Counted from the stretch's first letter, positions 10,517 through 20,165 are shown. The stretch is DNA of 64,000 nucleotides from Patescibacteria group bacterium (GCA_035510735.1 DATKGN010000004.1:7436-71435); one strand, 5' to 3'. The notes: generated by a model from the sequence alone, not told the origin. Numbers and translations are program-made.

Positions 10517-12018
10517 AAAAATATACACACGCTGCTCTTTTTATAATTCTCGCATTGTATGTCGGCTATATGTACCGGTACGCAGTTGATTTTAAACAGG
10601 CCATCATGGTGTCATTCGCGGTTACTGGTTTACTTTATATAATTACGAAAAATATATTATTTTCGTTGTTCTGTGTCGTATTAACATCGCTCCAATTTAC
10701 TTCTCCGGCGAAAGAGTCTTCCTTCGTCTACGCATATCCGCAGGAATATAGATATCCAATGATCCCCGGAGGAATTATTAACCGTATATATTTTACCGTA
10801 TCTGACATATGGGGATTATGGATAATCCTGTATTTTATTAACAGGACCATACACGTTATTATCAGGTCGGGTCGTGAAAAAGGTTTTACAATTATCGATC
10901 TGTGTAAAACTCCGCTGTATTGTGCAATTTTAGGCTCATGGATTGTCTATCTCGGATTGTCTTTTTGGGGCTCAATACAAAACTCGCTCTATCAAACATA
11001 TTCAGTAAACTATTTAGTCCATGAGATAAATATCATCGTACTATTTATCTGTACCGTCTACCTTCTGCTAAAAGAAAAGGGGGTGCTAAAATTTCTCTAC
11101 ATTCCGCTCACGGTTATAACAGGTTTTCAGATAGTAATCGGCTTCTTACAAGTGGGGACACTGGGAACGAACCTCGGATTTCTTCAACAACCAATTAACG
11201 CCGACACAGAACAGAGTTCTCTCATTTTTCGAATACGGGGACTCGTTGATGGGTTCGTCGATCCCAACGCATACGCGTATATGCTATCCGTTCTTTTAAT
11301 CCTCTTGTTCCCCTTTATACGAAAAACAAAATTTAATAGTGTGTTCGTATTCATCGTGTTACTCGGTGCACTAAATATTATATTTTCTCAAAGTAGAGCG
11401 GTTTGGCTTGGGACAGGAGCCGCAGCTATTTTCTTATACATTCTGGACAAACAACGGGCAAAAACTTTCGTCATAAAACATATAGTTCATATTCAAACAT
11501 ATCAGGTTGTTATATTTTTTATCGTCGTATGCATTGTTATTATCCCGAGAATAGTATCATCAATCATATATTTCCCTGATACAGGGGGTATTTTACGTCA
11601 GCGTATGATGCAGGACGGCTGGAAAATGCTTCAGATTTCGCCGTGGTTTGGCTTTGGCGCAGGGATGAACGTCAGAACCCTCCTGAATAATCTCCAAAAT
11701 GGATATATCAGTACATTTCCGTATCCGGTCCACTTCGCTTATCTGCAAATCGCCATGGAATCAGGTGTACCGGCGGCAATCGCATTTTTCATTCCGTATA
11801 TTCTCATAATCCGTGCGTTCATCATAACTTTTCATACGCGAAAAGGACGATCTGCCGAGATAGTAAGCAGTGTGTCGTGTATTTTAGTTACTCTCATATA
11901 TTTCTGTTTTCAACCTGCCCCCAACGCGTTTGAGCTTAGCATATCTGGTATAATCGTTGCGGTCGGTGCAGTATCAATCATGCGGGGACGAAACTCACAA
12001 AATTATGACGCGTATTAA
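10513..12018 (+). CDS. O-antigen ligase / Wzy-like polymerase family membrane protein (Wzy_C domain)
   Basis: About 12 TM helices and the motif FSQSRAVWLGTGAAAIFLYILD, with a periplasmic loop typical of Wzy_C. The start was placed at ATG 10513 (MKKYTHAALF), which overlaps the sulfotransferase stop as ATGA. Confidence 0.7.
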   Translation: MKKYTHAALFIILALYVGYMYRYAVDFKQAIMVSFAVTGLLYIITKNILFSLFCVVLTSLQFTSPAKESSFVYAYPQEYRYPMIPGGIINRIYFTVSDIWGLWIILYFINRTIHVIIRSGREKGFTIIDLCKTPLYCAILGSWIVYLGLSFWGSIQNSLYQTYSVNYLVHEINIIVLFICTVYLLLKEKGVLKFLYIPLTVITGFQIVIGFLQVGTLGTNLGFLQQPINADTEQSSLIFRIRGLVDGFVDPNAYAYMLSVLLILLFPFIRKTKFNSVFVFIVLLGALNIIFSQSRAVWLGTGAAAIFLYILDKQRAKTFVIKHIVHIQTYQVVIFFIVVCIVIIPRIVSSIIYFPDTGGILRQRMMQDGWKMLQISPWFGFGAGMNVRTLLNNLQNGYISTFPYPVHFAYLQIAMESGVPAAIAFFIPYILIIRAFIITFHTRKGRSAEIVSSVSCILVTLIYFCFQPAPNAFELSISGIIVAVGAVSIMRGRNSQNYDAY

Positions 12019-12856
12019 TCATGGCATCAGTCGTTGGTTCAGAAAGCTTCATCCGATTGACGTCGCGTTTATCGCCGCAGGAATCATTTTTTTAGGAGTA
12101 TTTTATATTTCCTTTCGTCGGGATGTTGCATCAATTGCTATCCGGATAATGGTAGTAAATGATAATATCGTCTACTCTGATACTGCGCCGAATAATCTGT
12201 CTGTTCCTGCATTTACCGTTGGTGACGTTGAAAGAGATGAATTGGGCCGGGTTGATTCAACAATCACAAATGTTGAATCGTACAGAATGACACCGGATCA
12301 GCGGGTAACGTACCTCGATATAAACACTAAAGCCACATATGACCCACGAAAGCGTACATATTCAATTCACGGCGAGGATATACTTTTCGGCCAAACACTT
12401 ACGTTTTCCTTTTCGCACATATATTTTAAGGGTGTCGTTGTTAGTTTACCGGGATTGCAAAAACCATTTGATATCAAGTTAAAACACACCATTGTAAAGG
12501 CGAAAAACGTAAGCGGGGGGAATCAGCAATATAGTATTTCCGGGGTACCGGACTATATTGCCGCCGCGGTAAATCCGGGAGACCAGGTTGTTGACGGCCG
12601 GGGAAATGTACTTGCAAAAATACTCGATGTCAGCGTTGTGCCCGCAAAAAGGGTCACAGAAACGAGTGACGGACAGGCACTCGTAGTAAACGATCCGGAA
12701 TTTAAAGATGTGTATTATACGATAGATCTTGCCACACAAAAACTTAACGGCAGTGTCTATATGTTCGACTACAATCCTGTATTAGTCGGGGAAACGGTGC
12801 CCATATTTACAAACAATATAACCATCTGGCCAACGATAACGGAAATCGTTCAGTAA
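12005..12856 (+). CDS. Hypothetical membrane-anchored extracytoplasmic protein
   Basis: An N-terminal TM helix (IDVAFIAAGIIFLGVFYISF) is followed by about 250 aa of beta-rich soluble sequence. No family was recognised. It is co-oriented with and overlaps the Wzy-like gene. Confidence 0.5.
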   Translation: MTRINHGISRWFRKLHPIDVAFIAAGIIFLGVFYISFRRDVASIAIRIMVVNDNIVYSDTAPNNLSVPAFTVGDVERDELGRVDSTITNVESYRMTPDQRVTYLDINTKATYDPRKRTYSIHGEDILFGQTLTFSFSHIYFKGVVVSLPGLQKPFDIKLKHTIVKAKNVSGGNQQYSISGVPDYIAAAVNPGDQVVDGRGNVLAKILDVSVVPAKRVTETSDGQALVVNDPEFKDVYYTIDLATQKLNGSVYMFDYNPVLVGETVPIFTNNITIWPTITEIVQ

Positions 12857-14097
12857 TCCTTGTTTGCATACTGTTGAAATAAATTAATCAACTTGTCTGA
12901 TACATCATCTGCTTCATAATTTTCAAGAATAGTTTTCCGCGCTTGTTCCCCCATGGCATGTCGCACCCGTGGTGGCAACCGGACAACGTTCTCTATTGCA
13001 TGTACCAATGAATCCGGACCGCTATTTTTTAGTAAAAACCCGTTTTTCTCATCCTGAATGACTTCGCGTATGCCGCCAAAATCCGGTGTAATCACGATTA
13101 GTTTCATGGCCATCGCTTCTTTTACTGCATTCGGTTGCATGTCTCTATCGCCCTGAGCATCAACAACAGAGGGCAATACAAAAACGTCAGCGGCATCAAG
13201 CAAACGGACGAACCGCGGGGTATGGGCAATTGGGCCTAATAGTGTAACAATCCCAGTTAAATGTAACGACCGTATCAACTGAAGCAATTCATGTGTCTTT
13301 GACCCATATCCGATGATCTGACAGTTTATATGTATATCCTTCTTTGTTAACGTATCAATGGCGTATATGAGCCGATCAAAACCTTTCATTTCTTCAATTC
13401 TTGCAACACTGATAATACGAAGTGCCCCGATAATTTTATATTTTGAGGGCTTTTTTTTTGGCTGAAAAAAAGCTGTATCTATACCGGTAGAAGATATTAC
13501 ATACATTTTCTTTATTACTGCCGGCGCGGCGTGCAGATAGTTTATTGCAACCATTTTCGAATAGTAAGATTGAAAGACAGAAAAATCTGTCATACTAATC
13601 TTTTCACGAAGATAGCTTTTGTCTGCAAACAAACCGTGTGTGTGGAAAATAACACCAGCGGGAATTCCGCTTAATAGTCCACAAAATAATCCGATAACAG
13701 AAATTCCTTCAGCGTCGTGAATAAATAGAAGTGAAACTTTATTCTGTTTTAACGATTTAATGAGAAGCGTTGCGCGGATAAAATAACGGATGTTAGGAGT
13801 TGATGATATAGAAATAAGGACACGAAAGGCTTTTACATATCTGGCGGGCGACCGAAGTAATAATATCAATTGGGTTTTACAAATTAGCCATGGGTGTGTG
13901 AGCAGTTTTTCTAAATAATTTATATGAAATTTCGTAAAGTGCAGTGTTCGGACTCTTGGTTGCACCGGACGAGCCATCCCGTGTTCTTCAAAATATATAG
14001 CACCGCCTATGCCACGCGCCTGGAGGTAATATAACTCATTAATAACAAACGTTTCGTTAAATGCAGGATATTCAGATAAAAAATAGGCAACTCTCAT
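12850..14097 (-). CDS. Glycosyltransferase family 4 (GT-B, Glycos_transf_1)
   Basis: C-terminal block VFVLPSVVDAQGDRDMQPNAVKEAMAMKLIVITPDFGGIREVIQDEKNGFL (E-x7-E type). It contains a homopolymeric T/A tract of about 10 nt at about 13450-13460, which encodes KKK. Confidence 0.8.
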   Translation of the reverse strand: MRVAYFLSEYPAFNETFVINELYYLQARGIGGAIYFEEHGMARPVQPRVRTLHFTKFHINYLEKLLTHPWLICKTQLILLLRSPARYVKAFRVLISISSTPNIRYFIRATLLIKSLKQNKVSLLFIHDAEGISVIGLFCGLLSGIPAGVIFHTHGLFADKSYLREKISMTDFSVFQSYYSKMVAINYLHAAPAVIKKMYVISSTGIDTAFFQPKKKPSKYKIIGALRIISVARIEEMKGFDRLIYAIDTLTKKDIHINCQIIGYGSKTHELLQLIRSLHLTGIVTLLGPIAHTPRFVRLLDAADVFVLPSVVDAQGDRDMQPNAVKEAMAMKLIVITPDFGGIREVIQDEKNGFLLKNSGPDSLVHAIENVVRLPPRVRHAMGEQARKTILENYEADDVSDKLINLFQQYANKDY

Positions 14098-14098
14098 A

Positions 14099-15199
14099 TC
14101 ATCTGTTTTTACGATTTAAGAGAGCATTTTGTATATACAGACCCATATGCTTATGAAAATTTGCTTCACTATAATGCTCCGCGTGACGACGAATGAATAT
14201 CGGATTAAACCGTTTTGGATTAAACGTCTCGAGCACTGTCACGAGGGCTGCGACGGAATGTTCCGAATAAAAGACGCCGGTTTTTTTATCAATAACCGTT
14301 TCCTTCACGCCCCCGCCGCAATAAGCAATCACGGGCACTCCATGTGCCATTGCCTCAACCGGAGTAATTCCAAAGTCTTCACTCCGCGCTGTAAATAGTA
14401 ACGCAATCGCGTGTCGGTATAATTCTAGTTGCTGGGCATCATCCTGAAATCCTAAAAATTCTATTGTCGGACCTGCAATGTGCCGGAGATACCGTTCGTA
14501 TTGAACATCTATGGATACGCCTGCTATTTTAAGGCGCACACGCAAAACATTGCATGCATGAATCGCAATCTCAATTTCTTTTGAGGCATCAATGCGGGAA
14601 ATTATTACATAATACAAACCCTGTCTGGTTTGATGATACTGCGCTGGAATAATGACGGGGGGATAAATAACTTCCGATGATACACCACAAACATTCCCCA
14701 AAGATTGTTGAATATGTTTTGAACAAACGATAATATTTTTGTATTTTCGGAGACTTTTCTTGTATAAACGGGCCAACATCGGAGAGAGGGGAAGAATCAT
14801 CTGAATTTGAGTCTTTGGCCCCAGGTGAAACAAATTTTTCGGTAGCCCATGAATATATTGTATGTGCACGGGGTGTTCAACTTCGATTATATTGGACAAT
14901 AAATAAGCAGAACTTGATATCACAACGTCGTACTGTTCTAAATGGAGACGCCTCCAAACTAAGGGCGCCAGAAACTGAAAAAGGTACGCGTGTTGCGCCG
15001 CGGGGACTCGCTGGAATGGAGAACAAAATAAGTTTGTTTTTGACAATAAAGGAAAACGAGCCTCGACCATTGCATCGTCTTTGTAAGATGTGTAGACATG
15101 CGCTTTCGGATACAACCGGAGAAGCGATTGCAATACGCGTTCCGCTCCGCCAAATTCTACCAACACATCATGGACAATGGCGATTTTCATTTGCTTCAA
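14099..15199 (-). CDS. Glycosyltransferase family 4. It is a tandem paralog of 15196..16308.
   Basis: MKIAIVHDVLVEFGGAERVLQSLLRLYPKAHVYTSY aligns with MRVAIIHDVLVEYGGAERVLQSFLRLYPTAHVYTAY of the neighbour. The C-terminal GT1 motif is EDFGITPVEAMAHGVPVIA. Confidence 0.8.
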   Translation of the reverse strand: MKQMKIAIVHDVLVEFGGAERVLQSLLRLYPKAHVYTSYKDDAMVEARFPLLSKTNLFCSPFQRVPAAQHAYLFQFLAPLVWRRLHLEQYDVVISSSAYLLSNIIEVEHPVHIQYIHGLPKNLFHLGPKTQIQMILPLSPMLARLYKKSLRKYKNIIVCSKHIQQSLGNVCGVSSEVIYPPVIIPAQYHQTRQGLYYVIISRIDASKEIEIAIHACNVLRVRLKIAGVSIDVQYERYLRHIAGPTIEFLGFQDDAQQLELYRHAIALLFTARSEDFGITPVEAMAHGVPVIAYCGGGVKETVIDKKTGVFYSEHSVAALVTVLETFNPKRFNPIFIRRHAEHYSEANFHKHMGLYIQNALLNRKNR

Positions 15200-16275
15200 C
15201 GTCTAATAACACCTTCTATATAATGCTTCATCTCCCGCTCAAAACGCTCGCGATGGAATTGTTTTGCGTAATCATACAGTGAGGTTGGAATAAATTGTTG
15301 GGGTTTCAGGTTCTGCATGGTATGCACAAGTGCCTCTATAGTATATGAATAAAAAAATAATCCCGTTTTCCGGTTCTTGAGCGTCTCCTTCGCTCCGCCG
15401 CCATAATGTGCAATTACTGGGACGCCATAAGAAATAGCCTCGAGGGGGGCGATACCAAAATCCTCCTCTTTCGGCGTAAACAAAAAAGCTATCGCGTTTT
15501 TGTATAGGTGATGAATTTTTTTATCGGACAGGCGTCCTGTAAATTCGATCGTCGGTCCCGCCAGACTATACAGATGTTGGATATATCTTCCGTCGCTTCC
15601 CGCTCCGACTATCTTTAGAGGCGCCCTCATTCTATTACACGCACTTATCATTAATTCGAGTCCCTTCGTGTTATCAAGTCGGGAAACCGCAATATAGTAG
15701 TCTCCCTTATTATGTAGGGCGGGGTGGGGCGGGATAATCACCGGAGGATATATAACTTCAGACGGTACACCGCAAATACTCCTCATAGTTTGTTGCATAT
15801 GTTTTGAGTTAACAATGATATTCTGGTACCGTCGAAGGCTTTTTATATACGACCATGCCAATATGGACGTAAGTGGGAGTAGTTTTTGAATTTTCGTTTT
15901 TGGACACAGGTTAAACAAATTTTTCGGGGGACAGTGAATATATTGAATATGAACCGGGTGTTTAACGTTGATCGTGTTAGATAACCAAAAGGCGGAGCTC
16001 GATATAACAACGTCATATTGTTCTAAGTGAAGTCTACCCCAAATCAAAGGCGCAAGGAACTGAAAGAGATACCCATATTTGCCCAACCGTAGCGTTTGAA
16101 TAGGGGAGCAGTGGAGGTTATTTTTATTTAACGGCGGAAAAAACTCCCGCACCATCACCTCATCTTTGTAGGCGGTATATACATGGGCTGTAGGATACAA
16201 CCGCAAGAATGACTGTAACACGCGCTCAGCTCCGCCATATTCGACCAGGACATCGTGGATGATAGCAACGCGCAT
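15196..16275 (-). CDS. Glycosyltransferase family 4. It is a tandem paralog of 14099..15199.
   Basis: The ORF is 15196..16308. The start was placed at the internal Met (MRVAIIHDV), which removes the overlap with the upstream GT2 gene. The neighbour alignment is given under 14099..15199. Confidence 0.8.
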   Translation of the reverse strand: MRVAIIHDVLVEYGGAERVLQSFLRLYPTAHVYTAYKDEVMVREFFPPLNKNNLHCSPIQTLRLGKYGYLFQFLAPLIWGRLHLEQYDVVISSSAFWLSNTINVKHPVHIQYIHCPPKNLFNLCPKTKIQKLLPLTSILAWSYIKSLRRYQNIIVNSKHMQQTMRSICGVPSEVIYPPVIIPPHPALHNKGDYYIAVSRLDNTKGLELMISACNRMRAPLKIVGAGSDGRYIQHLYSLAGPTIEFTGRLSDKKIHHLYKNAIAFLFTPKEEDFGIAPLEAISYGVPVIAHYGGGAKETLKNRKTGLFFYSYTIEALVHTMQNLKPQQFIPTSLYDYAKQFHRERFEREMKHYIEGVIRR

Positions 16276-16280
16276 AATTT

Positions 16281-17168
16281 TTATTGTTGAAGGGTTTTCC
16301 AGTACCAATAATATATCCAGCCGATTTTATAAAAAAAGGGATAAATACTAAGCGTTATCACAAAAAGGACTCTTTTGTATAAAGACGGCAATATAAATAC
16401 TGCCTGTTTTATACATTGTATTTTAACCGTTACCGGCACTTTGTGGGGAGCAGAATGAACATTAATATGTTTTTTATCTAATGAGTAGTGATTGCTGAAC
16501 CCTGTATATATATTTCTCATCACAAGAGATATAAACGAATTTCTGGGTTGATACAACGCACCAATAGTTTCATCATAAAACATGCCATATTTCATACGAT
16601 AAAGCTGCATACCGATATCTATATCATCATCATTAAATATTTTCGGCGCCTGTATATCGAAAACAATGTGGTCAAATATTTTTTTGCGAAAACACACAAT
16701 ATCAAAATGTAGGACCATGCCACCCGAAAAACGTCTAAGTGATCGGTGATCATAAAAATGCTCTTTCATCCAAATGACATAAAAATAGTGTTGTACTTGT
16801 GCGTATATATTAAACGGGCAACTATTTACCAAATCTCCCATCACAAGATCAACCCGTGGATTTCCGACAAAATGCAAAAGAAATTTTTCCGTCGTGTTAT
16901 CGGTAATTATGCAATCGTCGTCGACAAACATAACTAAATCTCCGCTCGCGACACGGACTCCTTTGTCTCTTGCTTGTGGAACGGTCAATGACGTATGAAC
17001 GTATACAACCCGAATATTTTTAGGCACCCTGGGCACCTGCATTCTATGTGTTGATGAATCGATAATGATAATTTCGTCCGGGGGCCGTTGCTGCAACAAA
17101 ACACTCTCAAAACAGAGCATGAATAATTCATATCTATCCTTCGTTACAATGCAAACGCTTAACTTCAT
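16281..17168 (-). CDS. Glycosyltransferase family 2
   Basis: N-terminus LSVCIVTKDRYELFMLCFESVLLQQRPPDEIIIIDSS, and DxD in LVMFVDDDCII. Confidence 0.75.
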   Translation of the reverse strand: MKLSVCIVTKDRYELFMLCFESVLLQQRPPDEIIIIDSSTHRMQVPRVPKNIRVVYVHTSLTVPQARDKGVRVASGDLVMFVDDDCIITDNTTEKFLLHFVGNPRVDLVMGDLVNSCPFNIYAQVQHYFYVIWMKEHFYDHRSLRRFSGGMVLHFDIVCFRKKIFDHIVFDIQAPKIFNDDDIDIGMQLYRMKYGMFYDETIGALYQPRNSFISLVMRNIYTGFSNHYSLDKKHINVHSAPHKVPVTVKIQCIKQAVFILPSLYKRVLFVITLSIYPFFYKIGWIYYWYWKTLQQ

Positions 17169-17227
17169 ACGATTGTTCCGTAACGGGAGCGTGATAACGG
17201 CAGGTTTTCTGGCCCAAAAGAGGACAT

Positions 17228-18214
17228 TTAAACCCTCAATTGTTTCGCTATTTCTTTTATCGTTTCGGACGCCACATAAAGCTTATTTTTCTTTATTTCG
17301 TCTTTTGCTGTACACACAATCCAACAATCATTGCAGTTGTGTGCGAGAGGGATGAGCTTGTTTTTTGCCTGGGATGTCCATATTTCATCAAACGACTGAT
17401 TCCGAAGGTTTCCGATAGGCCACATTTTTAAATGACACATAAACACGCTGCCGAATGGGTCCATATAAAAAAAGTTTTCTCCAGCTCCGCAGGGGAGCGC
17501 ACGGTGATGTGACATCATATAATAATATGACTGTTTATTAAACCACGCTTTTGCCCATTCTTTCGGATTCACGGATTGCAGCTGACGCAAAAATAGCCAT
17601 TCAAACAGGTATTTGACCTCGGGGGGGTCCGGCCGCAACCGTTCCTTCTTTGTACCGAAATATACGGGAGAGTCGTGCACGACGTTTAACGAAAATTGTA
17701 TGCGTTGTGACTTGCTGTATTGATATACCTGTTGCAATTCGTGCTTATTTTGTTTCATGAGTGTATAAATTATGCCGATGTCTTTAACGTGTTTACGCTT
17801 CAACAAATCTACGGTATGCATAACTTTTTGAAATGCCTTGGGGACGCGGCGAATCTTCTCGTGCATCTCTGGCCCTCCGTCGAGTGATAAACGAAACGCG
17901 ATGTTTGGGTCGGCGACCATAATATCATCGATCTGTTTTTCTATGTTGTGATGCAAAAAACCGTTCGTTGTAATAAGGATTCGCGCCTTTGGACAGGACG
18001 TCCTGACCGTGCGAACGATTGAAGCCATATCCGGTCTCAGAAATGGCTCTCCGCCGGTCAAGTCAACCATTCTAAGAGATGGCGGAAGTTTTTTATACAC
18101 ATCGACCGGTAAAAAATCTATCCCCCGGTGTTTCCAGATGTCACACATCACGCACCGCGCATTACAAAGAAGGGTTACTGCGATAAATGCGCTTGTTGGA
18201 TACGCCTTATTCAT
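17228..18214 (-). CDS. Radical SAM enzyme with a C-terminal SPASM/twitch-like Cys cluster
   Basis: CxxxCxxC in IAVTLLCNARCVMCDIWKH. A GGEP-like motif is DLTGGEPFLRPD. C-terminal cysteines are CGAGENFFYMDPFGSVFMCH...NCNDCWIVCT. It is embedded in the glycan locus with no obvious precursor peptide nearby. Confidence 0.8.
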   Translation of the reverse strand: MNKAYPTSAFIAVTLLCNARCVMCDIWKHRGIDFLPVDVYKKLPPSLRMVDLTGGEPFLRPDMASIVRTVRTSCPKARILITTNGFLHHNIEKQIDDIMVADPNIAFRLSLDGGPEMHEKIRRVPKAFQKVMHTVDLLKRKHVKDIGIIYTLMKQNKHELQQVYQYSKSQRIQFSLNVVHDSPVYFGTKKERLRPDPPEVKYLFEWLFLRQLQSVNPKEWAKAWFNKQSYYYMMSHHRALPCGAGENFFYMDPFGSVFMCHLKMWPIGNLRNQSFDEIWTSQAKNKLIPLAHNCNDCWIVCTAKDEIKKNKLYVASETIKEIAKQLRV

Positions 18215-18279
18215 ACATATATGATGACAATAAAACTATGAACATTATAAATTATTAAAATGTAATCTTACCAACGCTC

Positions 18280-18765
18280 CTATAATAGGTTTACCTTTGT
18301 CAGACCATGGAGGTATGTAATCAACCTCGGCAAAGACCCGCGGCCCGACGATGAACGGCGGGGCTTTTGTCGCCGACAGAGCATGGCGGCGCAACTGATT
18401 ACCGGGAATACAAGCCCCCGTTTTTTAAGTATGTCACAATAAAACACCTGATGATCATTCACGTGTTCACCAAATTTTTTTTCACGGGGCAACACAAAAG
18501 GAATTTTTCCGGCAGCAATGGCCTGATATATTGTTGCCGGCCCGCCCTGACAAACCACAACCCGAGCTTTCTGTATATATCGCTGCATTCGCTGAAATGG
18601 AAGCGTCTGATAGAGGAAAACGTTTTTACCGGAAAGCGTGCAAGCGGTATCCCCATGTTGGAAAATAATGGCTTCATTGTGTTTTCGGATAAGTATAAGC
18701 TGTTCGACAAGATCTACCATCCGCCGGAAGGGGAATGGGGTAGTGCCAACGGTAATTAATATCAT
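18280..18765 (-). CDS. Alg13-like glycosyltransferase subunit (Glyco_tran_28_C; EpsE/Cps14G/PssE-type)
   Basis: MILITVGTTPFPFRRMVDLVEQL...VVCQGGPATIYQAIAAGKIPFVLPR...GEHVNDHQVFYCDILKKRGL is typical of the catalytic C-terminal half of bipartite UDP-GlcNAc transferases. Confidence 0.7.
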   Translation of the reverse strand: MILITVGTTPFPFRRMVDLVEQLILIRKHNEAIIFQHGDTACTLSGKNVFLYQTLPFQRMQRYIQKARVVVCQGGPATIYQAIAAGKIPFVLPREKKFGEHVNDHQVFYCDILKKRGLVFPVISCAAMLCRRQKPRRSSSGRGSLPRLITYLHGLTKVNLL

Positions 18766-19220
18766 AAGGTAGCACCTGTATATTTCCCGCGCTTGTAAAA
18801 CGCAAGTTGGCGTCTGCTCTGGACTAATAACACATCGACAATCGGTTCGACTAGCTTTCCCGAAACACTCGGATACCGAACAAAATCAAAAGGCTCAATA
18901 AATACCAGCCTAACGCCGAAAAGCTTGCCGATATAAAAAAAGGGCGGGGCGATGCCTGCGCCGCAGCTGATGAGAAGCGTGGGTTTTTCTTTTACTATGA
19001 CGCGCACCGCAATACCTATATTGCGAAGCGCATTAATAATATTTCTCGACTCTGGGTAATGTGCATAATAAATTCGCTCATTTTTTAACATGGAAACGAC
19101 ATCTTCCCCCGGAAACGTTACCCAAAAACGGCTGTATGTTTTCCACCAGGGCCTAAGCCGGAACATCTGATACAGATGGCCCCCGCGTGAGGTGATGATA
19201 CCTATTTTTGGTGCGTCCAT
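18762..19220 (-). CDS. Alg14-like glycosyltransferase membrane-anchor subunit (EpsF/Cps14F/PssD-type)
   Basis: KIGIITSRGGHLYQMFRLRPWW...PTLLISCGAGIAPPFFYIGKLFGVRLVFIEPFD. The ORF extends to 19274. The start was placed at the internal Met (MDAPKIG). Its stop overlaps the alg13-like start (ATGA-type coupling). Confidence 0.7.
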   Translation of the reverse strand: MDAPKIGIITSRGGHLYQMFRLRPWWKTYSRFWVTFPGEDVVSMLKNERIYYAHYPESRNIINALRNIGIAVRVIVKEKPTLLISCGAGIAPPFFYIGKLFGVRLVFIEPFDFVRYPSVSGKLVEPIVDVLLVQSRRQLAFYKRGKYTGATL

Positions 19221-20092
19221 GTGGTCATATGGTACGTCCATACACGAACAACCGCAAGCACAATATATAAACAAGGCAACATGAAAAAGTACGTTATCTG
19301 GAACGATGTAAGGTAGAACAGCTCTCTCCTCACGGCGCTTTGGATATGGAGGATAATTTTTTTTATATACACTTCACGAAGAGAGTCTGCCCCTGGCGCT
19401 CTGAGGGCCAACAACGCCTCACTCATCGCAATGCGACGGTGTTGATCTACAAACCCCGCAAACGTCTTACGTTCGTGGTGATATGCGACAATAGACGGAT
19501 CATAGACAATTTGGACTCCTTTTCTTCGCAGACGAAGCCCCAGCTCTATATCCTCAGATCCAACAGAGAGCTGTTGGGGAAACCCCCCGCTTGCTAACCA
19601 CACGCTCCGCGGCATGGAGGCGTTTTTATTATCGAACGTCCGCATAAAAGGGGCGCTTGTTGTGTTTGCAGAAATCCAATTAACATAATGATCGCCCATC
19701 ACATCGACGTAAATATTGCCGCGCGGGATACTTATTGTTCTTCCTTGCGCTACGCGCGCGGCGTTTTGTTCATCGTGGACCCGCCTGACATGAGATACAA
19801 AATTCTTCCCCGCAATACAATCATCGTCTAAAAAAACAATAATCTTTTTAGCGCTTTTAGAAACTGCTGTATTATAGAGCTTCGGATATCCCTGAACATC
19901 CGTCATAAAATAGCGGATGGTGAAAAATCGCTTAAATGAATTAACCACATCTCGTGTATTATCCGTCGACGCATTATCAAGCACTATTAATTCGTCATCA
20001 CGTTTCAGCTGTCCGACGAGAGATTGGAGGCACAGCCGCAAAAGCGGTGCCCTGTTTTTTGTTAGCGTAATAATCGAAACGGAAACATCCAT
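19202..20092 (-). CDS. Glycosyltransferase family 2
   Basis: VSVSIITLTKNRAPLLRLCLQSLVGQLKRDDELIVLDNASTDNTRD, and DxD in IIVFLDDDCIA. Confidence 0.8.
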   Translation of the reverse strand: MDVSVSIITLTKNRAPLLRLCLQSLVGQLKRDDELIVLDNASTDNTRDVVNSFKRFFTIRYFMTDVQGYPKLYNTAVSKSAKKIIVFLDDDCIAGKNFVSHVRRVHDEQNAARVAQGRTISIPRGNIYVDVMGDHYVNWISANTTSAPFMRTFDNKNASMPRSVWLASGGFPQQLSVGSEDIELGLRLRRKGVQIVYDPSIVAYHHERKTFAGFVDQHRRIAMSEALLALRAPGADSLREVYIKKIILHIQSAVRRELFYLTSFQITYFFMLPCLYIVLAVVRVWTYHMTTWTHQK

Positions 20093-20165
20093 AGCGAGCG
20101 AAGCTATTATACAACGCGCTTGTCTGCCGCTGACGGGATGATAAGTGTGGATACCATGCGTTTAT

